The notes beneath the pieces were generated by a model. It was not told the DNA's origin and searched no databases. It was given only the letters and a program-made list of their open reading frames with translations. Positions 27,100 to 36,596 of a stretch of 64,000 nucleotides of DNA are shown here, piece after piece. The position numbers and the translations under genes were made by a program. Origin of the DNA: an uncultured Gemmatimonadales bacterium (GTDB lineage: Bacteria; Gemmatimonadota; Gemmatimonadetes; Longimicrobiales; Longimicrobiaceae); NCBI GenBank assembly GCA_963716255.1, contig OY970303.1, positions 928,001-992,000 of the forward strand, in the 5' to 3' direction. Within the stretch, counting starts at the first letter, position 1, and each line of letters starts with the position of its first letter.

Positions 27100-27301
27100 G
27101 GCGATGTGCTGTGCTGGGGACACGTTGTCGGTTAACAAACGCAAGCGAACGGCATATTACAGTGGACGGAGTGGACACACAAGGAGGGACCTGAAAAGGG
27201 GGGATCGGCGCGCGCCCGGCCGCCGCCGGGCCGTCCGGAGGGTGCAGCCGCACGGGTCCGGTCAAGGCTCCATCCGGCCCGCGCCGTCGCCAGGGGCAGA
27301 C

Positions 27302-27778
27302 TTACCGGCGAGACCCGGGAAGCGGGCGCCCCCGGCCGATTGCCCCAGCATCCGGCTCGCCGTGCAGCCGCGGGTCGTCCAGCATCCCCACCTGCGCCAG
27401 CACCTCGTCCGCGATGCCGATGTCGGCCAGCTCGGCGCGCGCCCAGCCCGCGTCGAGCATGGACTCCACCTGGCCGCGCACCCACGCCGTCTGCTCCGCG
27501 GCCTCGCGCTCCGCGTCCCCGCGCTCCGCGACCAGCTCCCGGGCGGTCTCCTCCATCTCGCGGAGCGTGCGGTGCGTTTCCTGCCACACCGCCATCTGGT
27601 CGCGGAACGACAGCTGGCCGTCACGCAGGACGGCGGAGGCGGCACGGAGCGCCCGGGAGCGGCTTCCCGCCTCGCCCGCCGCCAGCTTCAGCTCCTCGGA
27701 CCACTGCCGGTTCGCGGTCACGTCCACCACGTCCTCCGCCGGCTCCCGCTGGTATCCCGCTGGTGTCCTGTCGCGCAT
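27302..27778 (-). CDS. Hypothetical coiled-coil protein
   Basis: ATG at 27778 with AAGGGGG upstream; helical E/R-rich sequence. Confidence 0.6.
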   Translation of the reverse strand: MRDRTPAGYQREPAEDVVDVTANRQWSEELKLAAGEAGSRSRALRAASAVLRDGQLSFRDQMAVWQETHRTLREMEETARELVAERGDAEREAAEQTAWVRGQVESMLDAGWARAELADIGIADEVLAQVGMLDDPRLHGEPDAGAIGRGRPLPGSRR

Positions 27779-27915
27779 GCTGCCCCCTTCGCCGATGCAG
27801 TCGGGTCGACGAGCACTCCTCTGCTCCGTGCAACTCGCGTGCGACAGACGGAGGACCCGGACACGGAGGGCACGCGCCGAGAGGGCCACGCGGCGCCGGC
27901 CGGCCAGTCCCCGCC

Positions 27916-28947
27916 TCAGTCCGCGGCGTGCCCCGCCGCGCGCACCGACTCCGTGCTGAGGGTGCGGTTGCGCATCGCCACATCACGCACCATCTCCGCG
28001 ATCACGGCGGCCTCCCGCGCCCTGCGCTCCAACGCCTCCGCGCCCACGCCGGCCGGCGCGTTCTCGCGGGCGTGCCGCGCCACGTGCTCCAGCAGCAGAA
28101 TCCCCTCCTCCATGGCCCGGACCGCGCCCCAGAGCGTGTCCTCCATGGACGTGGTGACCGCCGCCAGCAGGCTGTCCAGCGAGTACGCGTGCCCCGTGTG
28201 GCAGCGGAAGCGGGGGACTCCGCCCTCTCCCAGGCTCACCAGCACTCCGTGGCACTCCGGGCAGGTGTAGGGCGTGAACGGGCCCAGGTCCAGCACCCCT
28301 GCCCTGAGCGCGTTCTCCTCCGTGGCGATGCGCGTCTCGATCTCCATCTCCGCGGACGCCTCCGCGACCTCCGCCGCCCGGGGGGGCTCGCCGGCCAGGC
28401 GCGCCAGCAGCGGCGCCAGCGCGGAGACGGGCACCACCTCGTCCACCTCCACGTAGCGGATGGCGCTGCGGGGCATGGACGGGTAGGTCGCCTCTTCCGG
28501 GTCCTGCACCAGCGCCGCCCCCCCGCGCCGCTTCACCGCCCACAGCCCCGCCGTGCCGTCGTCCAGCCGGCCGGTGAGCACCACCCCCACCACCCGCGGC
28601 CCGAAAACGTACGCCGCCGAGCGGAAGAGCGGATCTATGGCCGGGCGGCACAGGTTCTCCTTGGGGCCGCGCGACACCCGCACCCGGTCGCGCTCCACCA
28701 GCAGGTGGCAGTCCGGCGGCGCCACGTACACGCGGCCGCGGCGGATCTCCTCGCCGTCGCGGGCGTGCTCCACCGGCAGCGGGCAGCTCTCCTGGAGGAT
28801 GCGGGGGAGGATTCCCGGGCTGTCGGCCGCCACGTGCATCACCACGAACACGGCGGCCTCCAGGTCCCCCGGAAGACCGCCGAGCAGAGTTCTCAGGGCG
28901 TCGATGCCTCCGGCCGACGCGCCGATCACGATGATGTCCCGGTTCAT
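27916..28947 (-). CDS. CheB-type methylesterase (no REC domain) with C-terminal Cys/His domain
   Basis: IGASAGG, VMH, RPAIDPLFRSAA, LTGRLDDG, QDPEEA..SMP; CPECHG..FRCHTGHAYS. Confidence 0.9.
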   Translation of the reverse strand: MNRDIIVIGASAGGIDALRTLLGGLPGDLEAAVFVVMHVAADSPGILPRILQESCPLPVEHARDGEEIRRGRVYVAPPDCHLLVERDRVRVSRGPKENLCRPAIDPLFRSAAYVFGPRVVGVVLTGRLDDGTAGLWAVKRRGGAALVQDPEEATYPSMPRSAIRYVEVDEVVPVSALAPLLARLAGEPPRAAEVAEASAEMEIETRIATEENALRAGVLDLGPFTPYTCPECHGVLVSLGEGGVPRFRCHTGHAYSLDSLLAAVTTSMEDTLWGAVRAMEEGILLLEHVARHARENAPAGVGAEALERRAREAAVIAEMVRDVAMRNRTLSTESVRAAGHAAD

Positions 28948-29287
28948 GGCAGCAGGGCTCCTGTGGACGGCCCGGTGGAGTGGAGCGCCCACCATCCCGG
29001 GCGGACGTGCGGCACGCTCCGCGCCCGGAGCACGATGTCCCGGGAGCGCCGCCGCGTCATCTCGCACTGCGCGAACACCCGGCGAAGGCCCTCGGGCCCC
29101 GGCCGGATCATCTCCCGTCTCCTGTTTCCCGTCGCTCATCCGCACACTCCCCGGGGATGGTTTCCGCCGCGCGCGGACGCGTTTTTTTCTGCCGCCGTGG
29201 CTCGGGACGGGGCCGGGCGCGATTTTCGCTGGCGCAGCGCAGGCGGAATTCCGACCCTCACCCCCCCGCCCCCGCACGAGTGAAGCC

Positions 29288-29929
29288 ATGGAGAAGCCGC
29301 TGACCCCGGACGAGCTCGCCGAGATGGAGCGGCGCGCCGGCGGCGCCACCCCCGGGCCGTGGGAAGCCGGCGCGCGCTACGAGCGCTTCGGAGTGAACGA
29401 GGGCTTCCGGCCGGGGGAGGGCCCTTTTTCCTTCCTGCCGGTGGGGCGCTGCCACTGCTGCGCCGAGAGCGGCGAGCCCCCGCTGGGGATCGAGCGCGAC
29501 CGGCACGGCGCCGTGTACCACGTGCACCGCGTGGGCGGCGGGCGGCCGCCGTCCGCCGCGGGGTGGCGCACCATCTCCAGCGCCGCCACGCGCGAAACGG
29601 TGGTGGAAAGCTACCAGGGGATGATCTCCTCGGGGTTCCACCCGCGCGACGCCGAATTCATCTCGCACGCGCGGGTGGACGTGCCCCGGCTCGTGGCCGA
29701 GGTGAGGCGGCTGCGCGCCGCGGTGGAGACCTCGGAGGAGCTGCTGCGCGCCGCCGAGGCGGTGCAGCGCACCGTGCGCTCCCTGCGCGAGGAAACGGAG
29801 AGGCTGCGCGCGGAGCGCGAGGCGACGCTCGCGGCCGTGCACCGCTCGCGCGACGAGCTGCGCGGGAACGTGGAGAGCCTCCCCCCCGCACGGTACGCGG
29901 CGAGGCCGGGCGTGCGGGGCGAGAGCTGA
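29288..29929 (+). CDS. Hypothetical protein with ATPGPW motif (Ead/Ea22-like)
   Basis: ERRAGGATPGPW..DAEFISHARVDVPRLVAEVRRLR, followed by a coiled coil. Confidence 0.7.
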   Translation: MEKPLTPDELAEMERRAGGATPGPWEAGARYERFGVNEGFRPGEGPFSFLPVGRCHCCAESGEPPLGIERDRHGAVYHVHRVGGGRPPSAAGWRTISSAATRETVVESYQGMISSGFHPRDAEFISHARVDVPRLVAEVRRLRAAVETSEELLRAAEAVQRTVRSLREETERLRAEREATLAAVHRSRDELRGNVESLPPARYAARPGVRGES

Positions 29930-29939
29930 GGAGCGGCGG

Positions 29940-30974
29940 TCAGCCGTACACCGAGCGCCCCGTGCCCTGCTCCTCGGCGCCCGCGGCCCCGCCGGCCAGC
30001 AGCACCCGGCGGATCAGCTCCGCCCGCTCCCGCGTCTCCACCTCCTCCTCGCTGTAGCGCGCCGCAAGCCTGGACTGGCCGCGGCGCTCCATCCTCTCCG
30101 CCATCCCCCGCGACAGCGAGGCGCGCTCCTCCAGCGCCCGGAGCGCCGTCCAGAGCGCCGCCTCCATCGCGGTGGACTGCTCGGAGAGCAGCGTCTCCAC
30201 CGAGTAGGCGTGCCCCACCCGGCAGCGGTAGCGCACCAGCTCGCCCTCGTGCATCTCCCACAGCGCGCCGTGGCACTCCGGGCAGGTGTACCCGGACGGG
30301 CGGCCGGGGTGGTCGTCGCCGTGCACCAGGCGCGGGTCCATCTCCACCGCGTCGATGTCGGGCTTCAGCTCGTCGGACACGTCGCCCCCTCCTTGGTCTT
30401 CCTCGACCGGGGTGTTCGCCAGGCGCACAAGCGTCGCCGCGATCTCCGCCAGCGGCAGCACGCCGTCCACCGCCACGTGCTCCGCCGCGCTCCGCGGCAT
30501 CCCCGCGTACATCGCCTCGTCCGGGTCCTGCGCCAGCGCGGTCCCGCCGGCGGCCTTGACCGCCTGCAGGCCGGCCGTGCCGTCGTCCAGCGTGCCGGAA
30601 AGGACCACCCCCACCACGCGCCGGCCGTAGGCCCGCGCCGCGGTGCGGAAAAGCGGGTCCACCGCGGGCCGGGCGCCGTTCTCGCGCGGGCCTCGCACCA
30701 GCCGCACCGCGCCGCGCTTCACCAGCAGGTGGAACCCCGGGGGGGCCACGTACACCCGGCCGGGCTCGATGGGGTCCCCGTCCCGCGGGTGGGTCGCGGG
30801 GAGCGCGCCGCGCCGGCCGAGGATGGCGGGGAGCACGCTGGTTCCGCGGTCGGGGACGTGCAGCACCACGAAGAAGCTCGCCGGCACGTCCCCCGGGAGG
30901 CGCGAGAACAGCTCCGACAGCGCCTCCACCCCTCCGGCGGAGGCCCCGACCACCACGATGTCGTGTCCTGGCAC
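29940..30974 (-). CDS. Second CheB-type methylesterase with C-terminal Cys/His domain
   Basis: VGASAGG, VLH, RPAVDPLFR, LSGTLDDG; CPECHG..YRCRVGHAYS; GTG start. Confidence 0.9.
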   Translation of the reverse strand: MPGHDIVVVGASAGGVEALSELFSRLPGDVPASFFVVLHVPDRGTSVLPAILGRRGALPATHPRDGDPIEPGRVYVAPPGFHLLVKRGAVRLVRGPRENGARPAVDPLFRTAARAYGRRVVGVVLSGTLDDGTAGLQAVKAAGGTALAQDPDEAMYAGMPRSAAEHVAVDGVLPLAEIAATLVRLANTPVEEDQGGGDVSDELKPDIDAVEMDPRLVHGDDHPGRPSGYTCPECHGALWEMHEGELVRYRCRVGHAYSVETLLSEQSTAMEAALWTALRALEERASLSRGMAERMERRGQSRLAARYSEEEVETRERAELIRRVLLAGGAAGAEEQGTGRSVYG

Positions 30975-31226
30975 GTGTACGCTCCGTACGGGTTGTCCGG
31001 CCGGCCCTGGCCCGGTCCGGAGACGGCAAATCGCATGCGCGCAGTGGAATAGCGCGGATCGGGTTGACAGGGCCGAGCCCCGGCGACTATATCCACGAAT
31101 GCGCGAGCGTCCCCCTCTCCTACCCGTGTTCGTGCCCCATCCGTCCGACCCGCGGCCCGCCCGTCCTTTCCGAGCTCCCGCCGGCGGCGACCGCTCTCTT
31201 CTCCAACCGGTCTCACCCGAGCACGT

Positions 31227-33089
31227 ATGACCTCTCCGGAACCGGATCCCCCCTTCGAGGGGCTGCTGGAATACCTCAAGAACGACCGGGGCTTCGACTT
31301 CACCGGCTACAAGCGCTCCACGCTGCTGCGGCGCACCCGCAAGCGGATGGAGGAGGTGGGGATCGCGGATTTCGGCGAGTACCACGCGTACCTGGAGACC
31401 CACCCGGACGAGTTCACCCAGCTCTTCAACACCATCCTCATCAACGTCACCAGCTTCTTCCGCGACCCCGAGGCGTGGGACACACTGGCGCGGGAGCTCC
31501 GGATGCGCGTGGTGGACCGCAAGCAGGCCGGCGAGCCCATCCGCGTGTGGAGCGCGGGGTGCGCCTCGGGCGAGGAAACGTACACGCTGGTGATCCTGCT
31601 GGCGGAGATGCTGGGCGTGGAGCGCTTCCGGGAGCAGGTGAAGATCTACGCCACCGACGTGGACGAGGAGGCGCTCGCCCAGGCCCGCTACGGGAGCTAC
31701 ACCGGCACCGACCTGGAGGGCGTCCCCGACGACGTGCGGGAGCGCTACTTCGAGCGCGCGGGTGACCGCCTCACCCTGCGCGCCGACCTGCGTCGCTACG
31801 TGATCTTCGGGCGGCACGACCTGGTGCAGGACGCCCCCATCTCGCACCTGGACCTGCTGGTGTGCCGCAACGTCCTCATGTACTTCAACGCCGAGGTGCA
31901 GGGGCGCGTCATGAGCCGCTTCCACTACGCCCTGGGCGACGCCGGGCTCCTGTTCCTGGGCAAGGCGGAGATGATGCGGTCGCACGGTGGCCTGTTCGCT
32001 CCCGTGGACCTCAAGTCGCGCATCTTCACGCGGCTGGCGCGCGCCAGCCCCCGCGAGCGGCTGCTGGCGATGGGACGCTCCGGCGGGGTGCCTCCGGCCC
32101 GCATCGCCCAGCAGCTCCGCCTGCGCGACGCGGTGCTGGACGCCGACCCCGCGGCACGCGTGGTGATGGACCTGGACGGCACGGTGACCTTCGCCAACAA
32201 GGCCGCCCGCCGCCTCTTCGGGCTCGCCGCGGCGGACGTGGGGCGCCCGCTCCAGGACCTCACCCTCTCGTACCGGCCGGTGGAGCTGCGCGCCCCCATC
32301 GAGCGGGCGTACTCCGAGCGCCAGGCGGTGCAGATCGGCGCGGTGGAGCACCCGGGACCGGACGGTGACCTGCGCACTCTGGACGTGTACGTCACACCCC
32401 TCTTCGGCGAGCAGCGCATGCTGGGGGTGAGCGTCACCTTCGCCGACGTCACCGCCTACCAGCGCCTCCAGGCCGCGCTCCAGGAGGCCAACCAGGAGCT
32501 GGAGACCGCCTTCGAGGAGCTCCAGAGCACCAACGAGGAGCTGGAAACCACCAACGAGGAGCTGCAGAGCACCATCGAGGAGCTGGAGACCACCAACGAG
32601 GAGCTCCAGAGCACCAACGAGGAGCTGGAGACCGTGAACGAGGAGCTCCAGAGCACCAACGAGGAGCTGGAGACCCTCAACAACGAGCTGCACCGGCGCA
32701 CCACCGAGCTGAACGCCACCAACGCGTACGTTGGCTCCATCCTGGGGAGCCTGCGCATGGCCGTCGCCGTGCTGGACCGCGCCTCGGACGTGCGCATCTG
32801 GAACGCGCAGGCCGAGGAGATGTGGGGGATGCGCGCCGGCGAGGTGGAGGGGCAGGCCTTCCAGAACCTGGACATCGGGCTCCCCGTGGAGCGGCTCAAG
32901 GCCCCCATCCGCGCCTGCATCGAGGAGCGTTCCGCCGCCGAGGAGCTGGTGCTGGACGCGGTGAACCGCCGCGGCCGGAGCCTCCGCTGCCACGTCACCT
33001 GCGCCCCGCTCGTCACCGCCGAGTGCGAGGTGCTGGGCGCCGTGGTGCTCATGGAGGAGTGGCGGGACGGGCCCGCGGAGCCGGCCTGA
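31227..33089 (+). CDS. CheR-type methyltransferase with PAS, coiled-coil and PAS domains
   Basis: GFDFTGYK, INVTSFFRDPEAW, RVWSAGCASGEE, IYATDVD, CRNVLMYF; ELQSTNEELETTNEE heptads. Confidence 0.93.
   Translation: MTSPEPDPPFEGLLEYLKNDRGFDFTGYKRSTLLRRTRKRMEEVGIADFGEYHAYLETHPDEFTQLFNTILINVTSFFRDPEAWDTLARELRMRVVDRKQAGEPIRVWSAGCASGEETYTLVILLAEMLGVERFREQVKIYATDVDEEALAQARYGSYTGTDLEGVPDDVRERYFERAGDRLTLRADLRRYVIFGRHDLVQDAPISHLDLLVCRNVLMYFNAEVQGRVMSRFHYALGDAGLLFLGKAEMMRSHGGLFAPVDLKSRIFTRLARASPRERLLAMGRSGGVPPARIAQQLRLRDAVLDADPAARVVMDLDGTVTFANKAARRLFGLAAADVGRPLQDLTLSYRPVELRAPIERAYSERQAVQIGAVEHPGPDGDLRTLDVYVTPLFGEQRMLGVSVTFADVTAYQRLQAALQEANQELETAFEELQSTNEELETTNEELQSTIEELETTNEELQSTNEELETVNEELQSTNEELETLNNELHRRTTELNATNAYVGSILGSLRMAVAVLDRASDVRIWNAQAEEMWGMRAGEVEGQAFQNLDIGLPVERLKAPIRACIEERSAAEELVLDAVNRRGRSLRCHVTCAPLVTAECEVLGAVVLMEEWRDGPAEPA
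32490..32690 (+). repeat. Coding 21-nt tandem repeats (coiled-coil heptads in the CheR protein)
   Basis: GAGGAGCTCCAGAGCACCAAC and GAGGAGCTGGAGACCACCAAC units in frame. Confidence 0.85.
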
Positions 33090-33157
33090 GCCGCGGCTCG
33101 GGGCTTGCACCTGTCCACGACCCGGGTCCTCTTCCTCCCCAACGCGGCAAGCGCGGC

Positions 33158-36100
33158 ATGAACGCCGAAGACATCGTCCACCGCCACATCAGCGCGGCCC
33201 GCAGCCGCATCGACCTGCTGCAGCGCCGGGGGGGCTCCGCCCCGCCGGAAGCCCACCCGTTCGTGGACGAGGCGATCCACGAGCTGCAGACGGCGCTGGA
33301 GGAGCTGCAGGTCAGCGAGGAGGAGCTGCGCCAGCAGAACGAGACGATCGCCGAGTCGCGCGAGGCACTGGAGGGCGAGCGGCAACGCTACCGCGACCTC
33401 TTCCACTTCGCGCCCGACGCGTACCTGGCGACCGACGGCGATGGAGTGATCCGCGAGGCCAACCAGGCCGCCGCCTCGCTGCTGGGCGTGCGCGAGAGCG
33501 GGCTGGCCGGCAAGCCGCTCGCGGTGTTCGTGGACGCGCGCGCACGGCGAGACTTCCGGCAGCGGCTGGCGCGCCTCCCGGCCGAGGGGCGCACCGACGA
33601 CTGGGAGCTGCACCTGCACCCCCGGCGCGGCGGGCCGGTGGACGTGTCGTGCAGCGTCGCCGCCGTCCACGGACGGGGGGATACGGCGGCCGGGCTGCGC
33701 TGGCTGCTCCGCGACGTCACCGAGCGCAGGCGGGCCGAGGAGGGTGCGCGGCGTCTGGAGTCGGAGAGCGCCGCCCGCGCCGAGGCGGACGCGGCGCGGG
33801 AGCGGGTGGAGGCGGTGCTGGAAAGCATCGCGGACGGCTTCCTGGCGCTGGACGCCGGGTGGCGGCTCACCTACGTCAACCGCGCCGCCGAGTTCCTGCT
33901 GCACTGCGACCGCGCCGAGGTGCTGGGGCAGGACGTGCGCGACCTCTTCCCGGAGGAGGCGCACCCCGCCCTGTTCGCCGGGCTGCGCCGGGCGGCCGAG
34001 GGGCGCGACGCGGCCGAGCTGGAGGAGTTCCACCCCCGCCTGGCCTCGTGGCTGGAGTTCCGCGTCTTCCCCTCCCCGGATGGCCTCACCCTGCACGTCC
34101 GCGACGTCACCGAGCAGAAGGCCACCCGCGAGGAGCTGCGCGCCAGCGAGGAGCGGCTGCGCCTGGCCCTCCAGGCCGCCGGCCTGGCGCCCTGGGACTG
34201 GGACCTGCGCAGCGGCGTGGTGCTGTGGAACCCCGAGCACAACGCCCTGATGGGGCTCCCCCCCGAGCAGCTGCGGGGGAGCTACCGGGCCTTCATGGAC
34301 CGCGTGCACCCCGAGGACCGGGTCGCCGTGTCCGCCGCCATCGCCCGCACCACCGGCGGCGGCGAGGACTACCGCGCCGAGTTCCGGGCCGTGCACCCCG
34401 GCGGCGAGGTCCGCTGGATCGCCGGCTACGGACGCCCCCTCCCCGGCCCCGACGGCCGCCCGGCGCGCCTGATCGGGGTGATCCGCGACGTCACCGCCGA
34501 GAAGGAGGCCGTGCAGGAGCGCGAGCGCCTGCACGCCGCGGTGGAGGCCGAGCGCGCCCGGCTCCAGGCCATGATGGAGCAGATGCCCGCAGGCGTCATC
34601 CTGGCCGAGGCGCCCACCGGCGCCATGGTCGCCATCAACCGCCGCGCGGTGGAGGTCCTGGGGCCCGTGCCGCTCTCCGGCTCGGTGGAGGAATACAGCC
34701 GCGACTTCCGCGGCTTCCACCCCGACGGCCGCCCCATGACGCCCGGGGACTGGCCGCTGGCGCGGGCCATCCGCCGCGGCGAGCGCGTGGCCGACCAGGA
34801 GATCCACATGCGCTCCCCCGGCGGCGGCGAGCGGGTGGTGGTGGCCAGCGCCGCCCCGGTGCGCGACGCCGCCGGGACGGTGGTGGCCGGGGTGCTCGCC
34901 TTCCACGACGTCACCGAGCAGCGCAGGCGCGAGGAGACCGACCGCTTCCTGGGCCGGGTGAGCGACATGCTCGCCTCGTCGCTGGACTACCGCACCACCG
35001 CCCAGAGCATCGCCTCGCTGTGTGCCGGTTCGCAGGCCGACTACTGCATCGTCCACGTGGAGGAGCAGGGGCAGGTGCACGCGCTGGGCACCGCCCACGC
35101 CGACCCGGACCGCCAGGAGATCGCCGGCGGGCTGATGCGGCGCTTCCCCGTGGACCCGGAGGGGCACCACCCCGTGATGCGCACCCTGCGCACCGGCGAC
35201 GCCCAGCTGCTGGCGGAGGTGGACGACACGGTGCTGGCCGACATGTCCGCCGGCGCCGGGCACCTGGAGATGCTCCGCGGCCTGGGACTGTCCTCCATGC
35301 TGGTGGTGCCGCTCCAGGCGCGCGGGCGCACCCTGGGCGCCCTGACGCTGGCCCGCACCGCGTCCGCCCCCCGCTACGGCCCCGACGACGTGGAGCCGGC
35401 GCGCGAGCTGGCGCGCCGCGCCGCGCTGGCCGTGGACAACGCCCGCCTGTACGAGGAGGCGCGCCAGGCCGCCCGCGCCCGCGACGAGGTGCTGGCGGTG
35501 GTCTCGCACGACCTGCGCAACCCGCTTCACGCCGTGCTGCTGTCCGCCACCGTCCTGGAGGACTTCTCGTCCGCCCAGCCGTGGTCCGCGCGCGACCTCC
35601 AGCAGATCCGCGTCATCCGCCGCTCCGCCGAGCAGATGACCGGGCTGATCCAGGACCTGGTGGAGGTCATCGCCATGGAGACCGGGGCCCCCGCGCTCCA
35701 CCGCGAGCGGATCGCCGCCGCACCGCTGTCCGCGGGCGTCGCGGAGCTCTTCCAGGCCGGGGCCGACGAGAAGGGCGTGCGCCTGGAGTGCGAGTCCGAC
35801 CCCGGCCTCCCCCCGGTGGACGCCGACCGCGGCCGTCTGCTCCAGGTGTTCTCCAACCTGCTGGGCAACGCGCTCCGGTTCACCCCGCCCGGCGGCACCG
35901 TCACGCTGCGCGCCGTCCCCGGCAGCGGGTTCGTGCACTTTTCCGTGACCGACACCGGGCCCGGGATCTCCGCGGAGCACCTGGACCACGTCTTCGACCG
36001 CTTCTGGCGCGCCCGCCGGGAAGAGCGCGGGGGTCTGGGCCTTGGGCTCGCCATCGCCCGCGGCATCGTGGAGGCCCACGGCGGGCGCATCTGGGCCGAG

Positions 36101-36160
36101 AGCGTGATGGGCGAGGGGTCCACGTTCCACTTCACGGTTCCCGCGCTGTCCGTCGGCTGA
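33158..36160 (+). CDS. Multi-PAS/GAF cytoplasmic histidine kinase
   Basis: N-terminal ELQTALEELQVSEEEL coil, about 4 PAS domains, GAF, SHDLRNPL, NLLGNALRFT, GLGLGL. Confidence 0.92.
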   Translation: MNAEDIVHRHISAARSRIDLLQRRGGSAPPEAHPFVDEAIHELQTALEELQVSEEELRQQNETIAESREALEGERQRYRDLFHFAPDAYLATDGDGVIREANQAAASLLGVRESGLAGKPLAVFVDARARRDFRQRLARLPAEGRTDDWELHLHPRRGGPVDVSCSVAAVHGRGDTAAGLRWLLRDVTERRRAEEGARRLESESAARAEADAARERVEAVLESIADGFLALDAGWRLTYVNRAAEFLLHCDRAEVLGQDVRDLFPEEAHPALFAGLRRAAEGRDAAELEEFHPRLASWLEFRVFPSPDGLTLHVRDVTEQKATREELRASEERLRLALQAAGLAPWDWDLRSGVVLWNPEHNALMGLPPEQLRGSYRAFMDRVHPEDRVAVSAAIARTTGGGEDYRAEFRAVHPGGEVRWIAGYGRPLPGPDGRPARLIGVIRDVTAEKEAVQERERLHAAVEAERARLQAMMEQMPAGVILAEAPTGAMVAINRRAVEVLGPVPLSGSVEEYSRDFRGFHPDGRPMTPGDWPLARAIRRGERVADQEIHMRSPGGGERVVVASAAPVRDAAGTVVAGVLAFHDVTEQRRREETDRFLGRVSDMLASSLDYRTTAQSIASLCAGSQADYCIVHVEEQGQVHALGTAHADPDRQEIAGGLMRRFPVDPEGHHPVMRTLRTGDAQLLAEVDDTVLADMSAGAGHLEMLRGLGLSSMLVVPLQARGRTLGALTLARTASAPRYGPDDVEPARELARRAALAVDNARLYEEARQAARARDEVLAVVSHDLRNPLHAVLLSATVLEDFSSAQPWSARDLQQIRVIRRSAEQMTGLIQDLVEVIAMETGAPALHRERIAAAPLSAGVAELFQAGADEKGVRLECESDPGLPPVDADRGRLLQVFSNLLGNALRFTPPGGTVTLRAVPGSGFVHFSVTDTGPGISAEHLDHVFDRFWRARREERGGLGLGLAIARGIVEAHGGRIWAESVMGEGSTFHFTVPALSVG

Positions 36161-36185
36161 ACGGCTTAACCTGACCGGCGGGTTC

Positions 36186-36314
36186 GGGCGTGCCCCCGGC
36201 TGGCGCCGGGGTCGGGCTTCGGCTCCGTAACGCAGCAAACAACGCGGGCTAACGGAGTCGAGCCCCGCGAAACTGCCCGCGGGTCTCGCCCCTTCGGGCC
36301 GGAATCCCTCACGC
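36186..36314 (+). repeat. Family A repeat, copy 4
   Basis: GGGCGTGCCCCCGG..ATCCCTCACGC. Confidence 0.95.
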
Positions 36315-36596
36315 GGGGTTTGCGCTGGCGTCCGCTGGGAGCCCCCACCCGGCTCGCTTGAGGCTCGCACGGCTTGCCCCCTATCAGGTTGCTGAAAAAG
36401 TCGCCGCCGCGAAATTAGCCATCTGTTTCCGAGCAGAGCGGTTCAGAATCTTCAGCTTTTCGGGTCGAAAGTGCTCAGAGTGGCGTACGACTGCCCCCTG
36501 CAACTGAAGATTTCGGAAGTATGTACTTGACGCACAATAGCTAGGGGATTAGATTAGAGCAGTGAGTTAAGCGGTCCACCTGCTCCGGTCCGAACG

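Noticed and set aside
32490..32690. Regular short repeats resembling a CRISPR array
   Set aside because: They are in-frame 21-nt coding heptads with no unique spacers, and no cas genes are present.
29940..33110. 1056-aa ORF as a large CheB fusion
   Set aside because: The upstream ~700 codons are antisense to cheR. CheB begins at about 30974.
32456..36370. 1304-aa minus-strand ORF
   Set aside because: It is antisense to the cheR and kinase genes and starts within a repeat.
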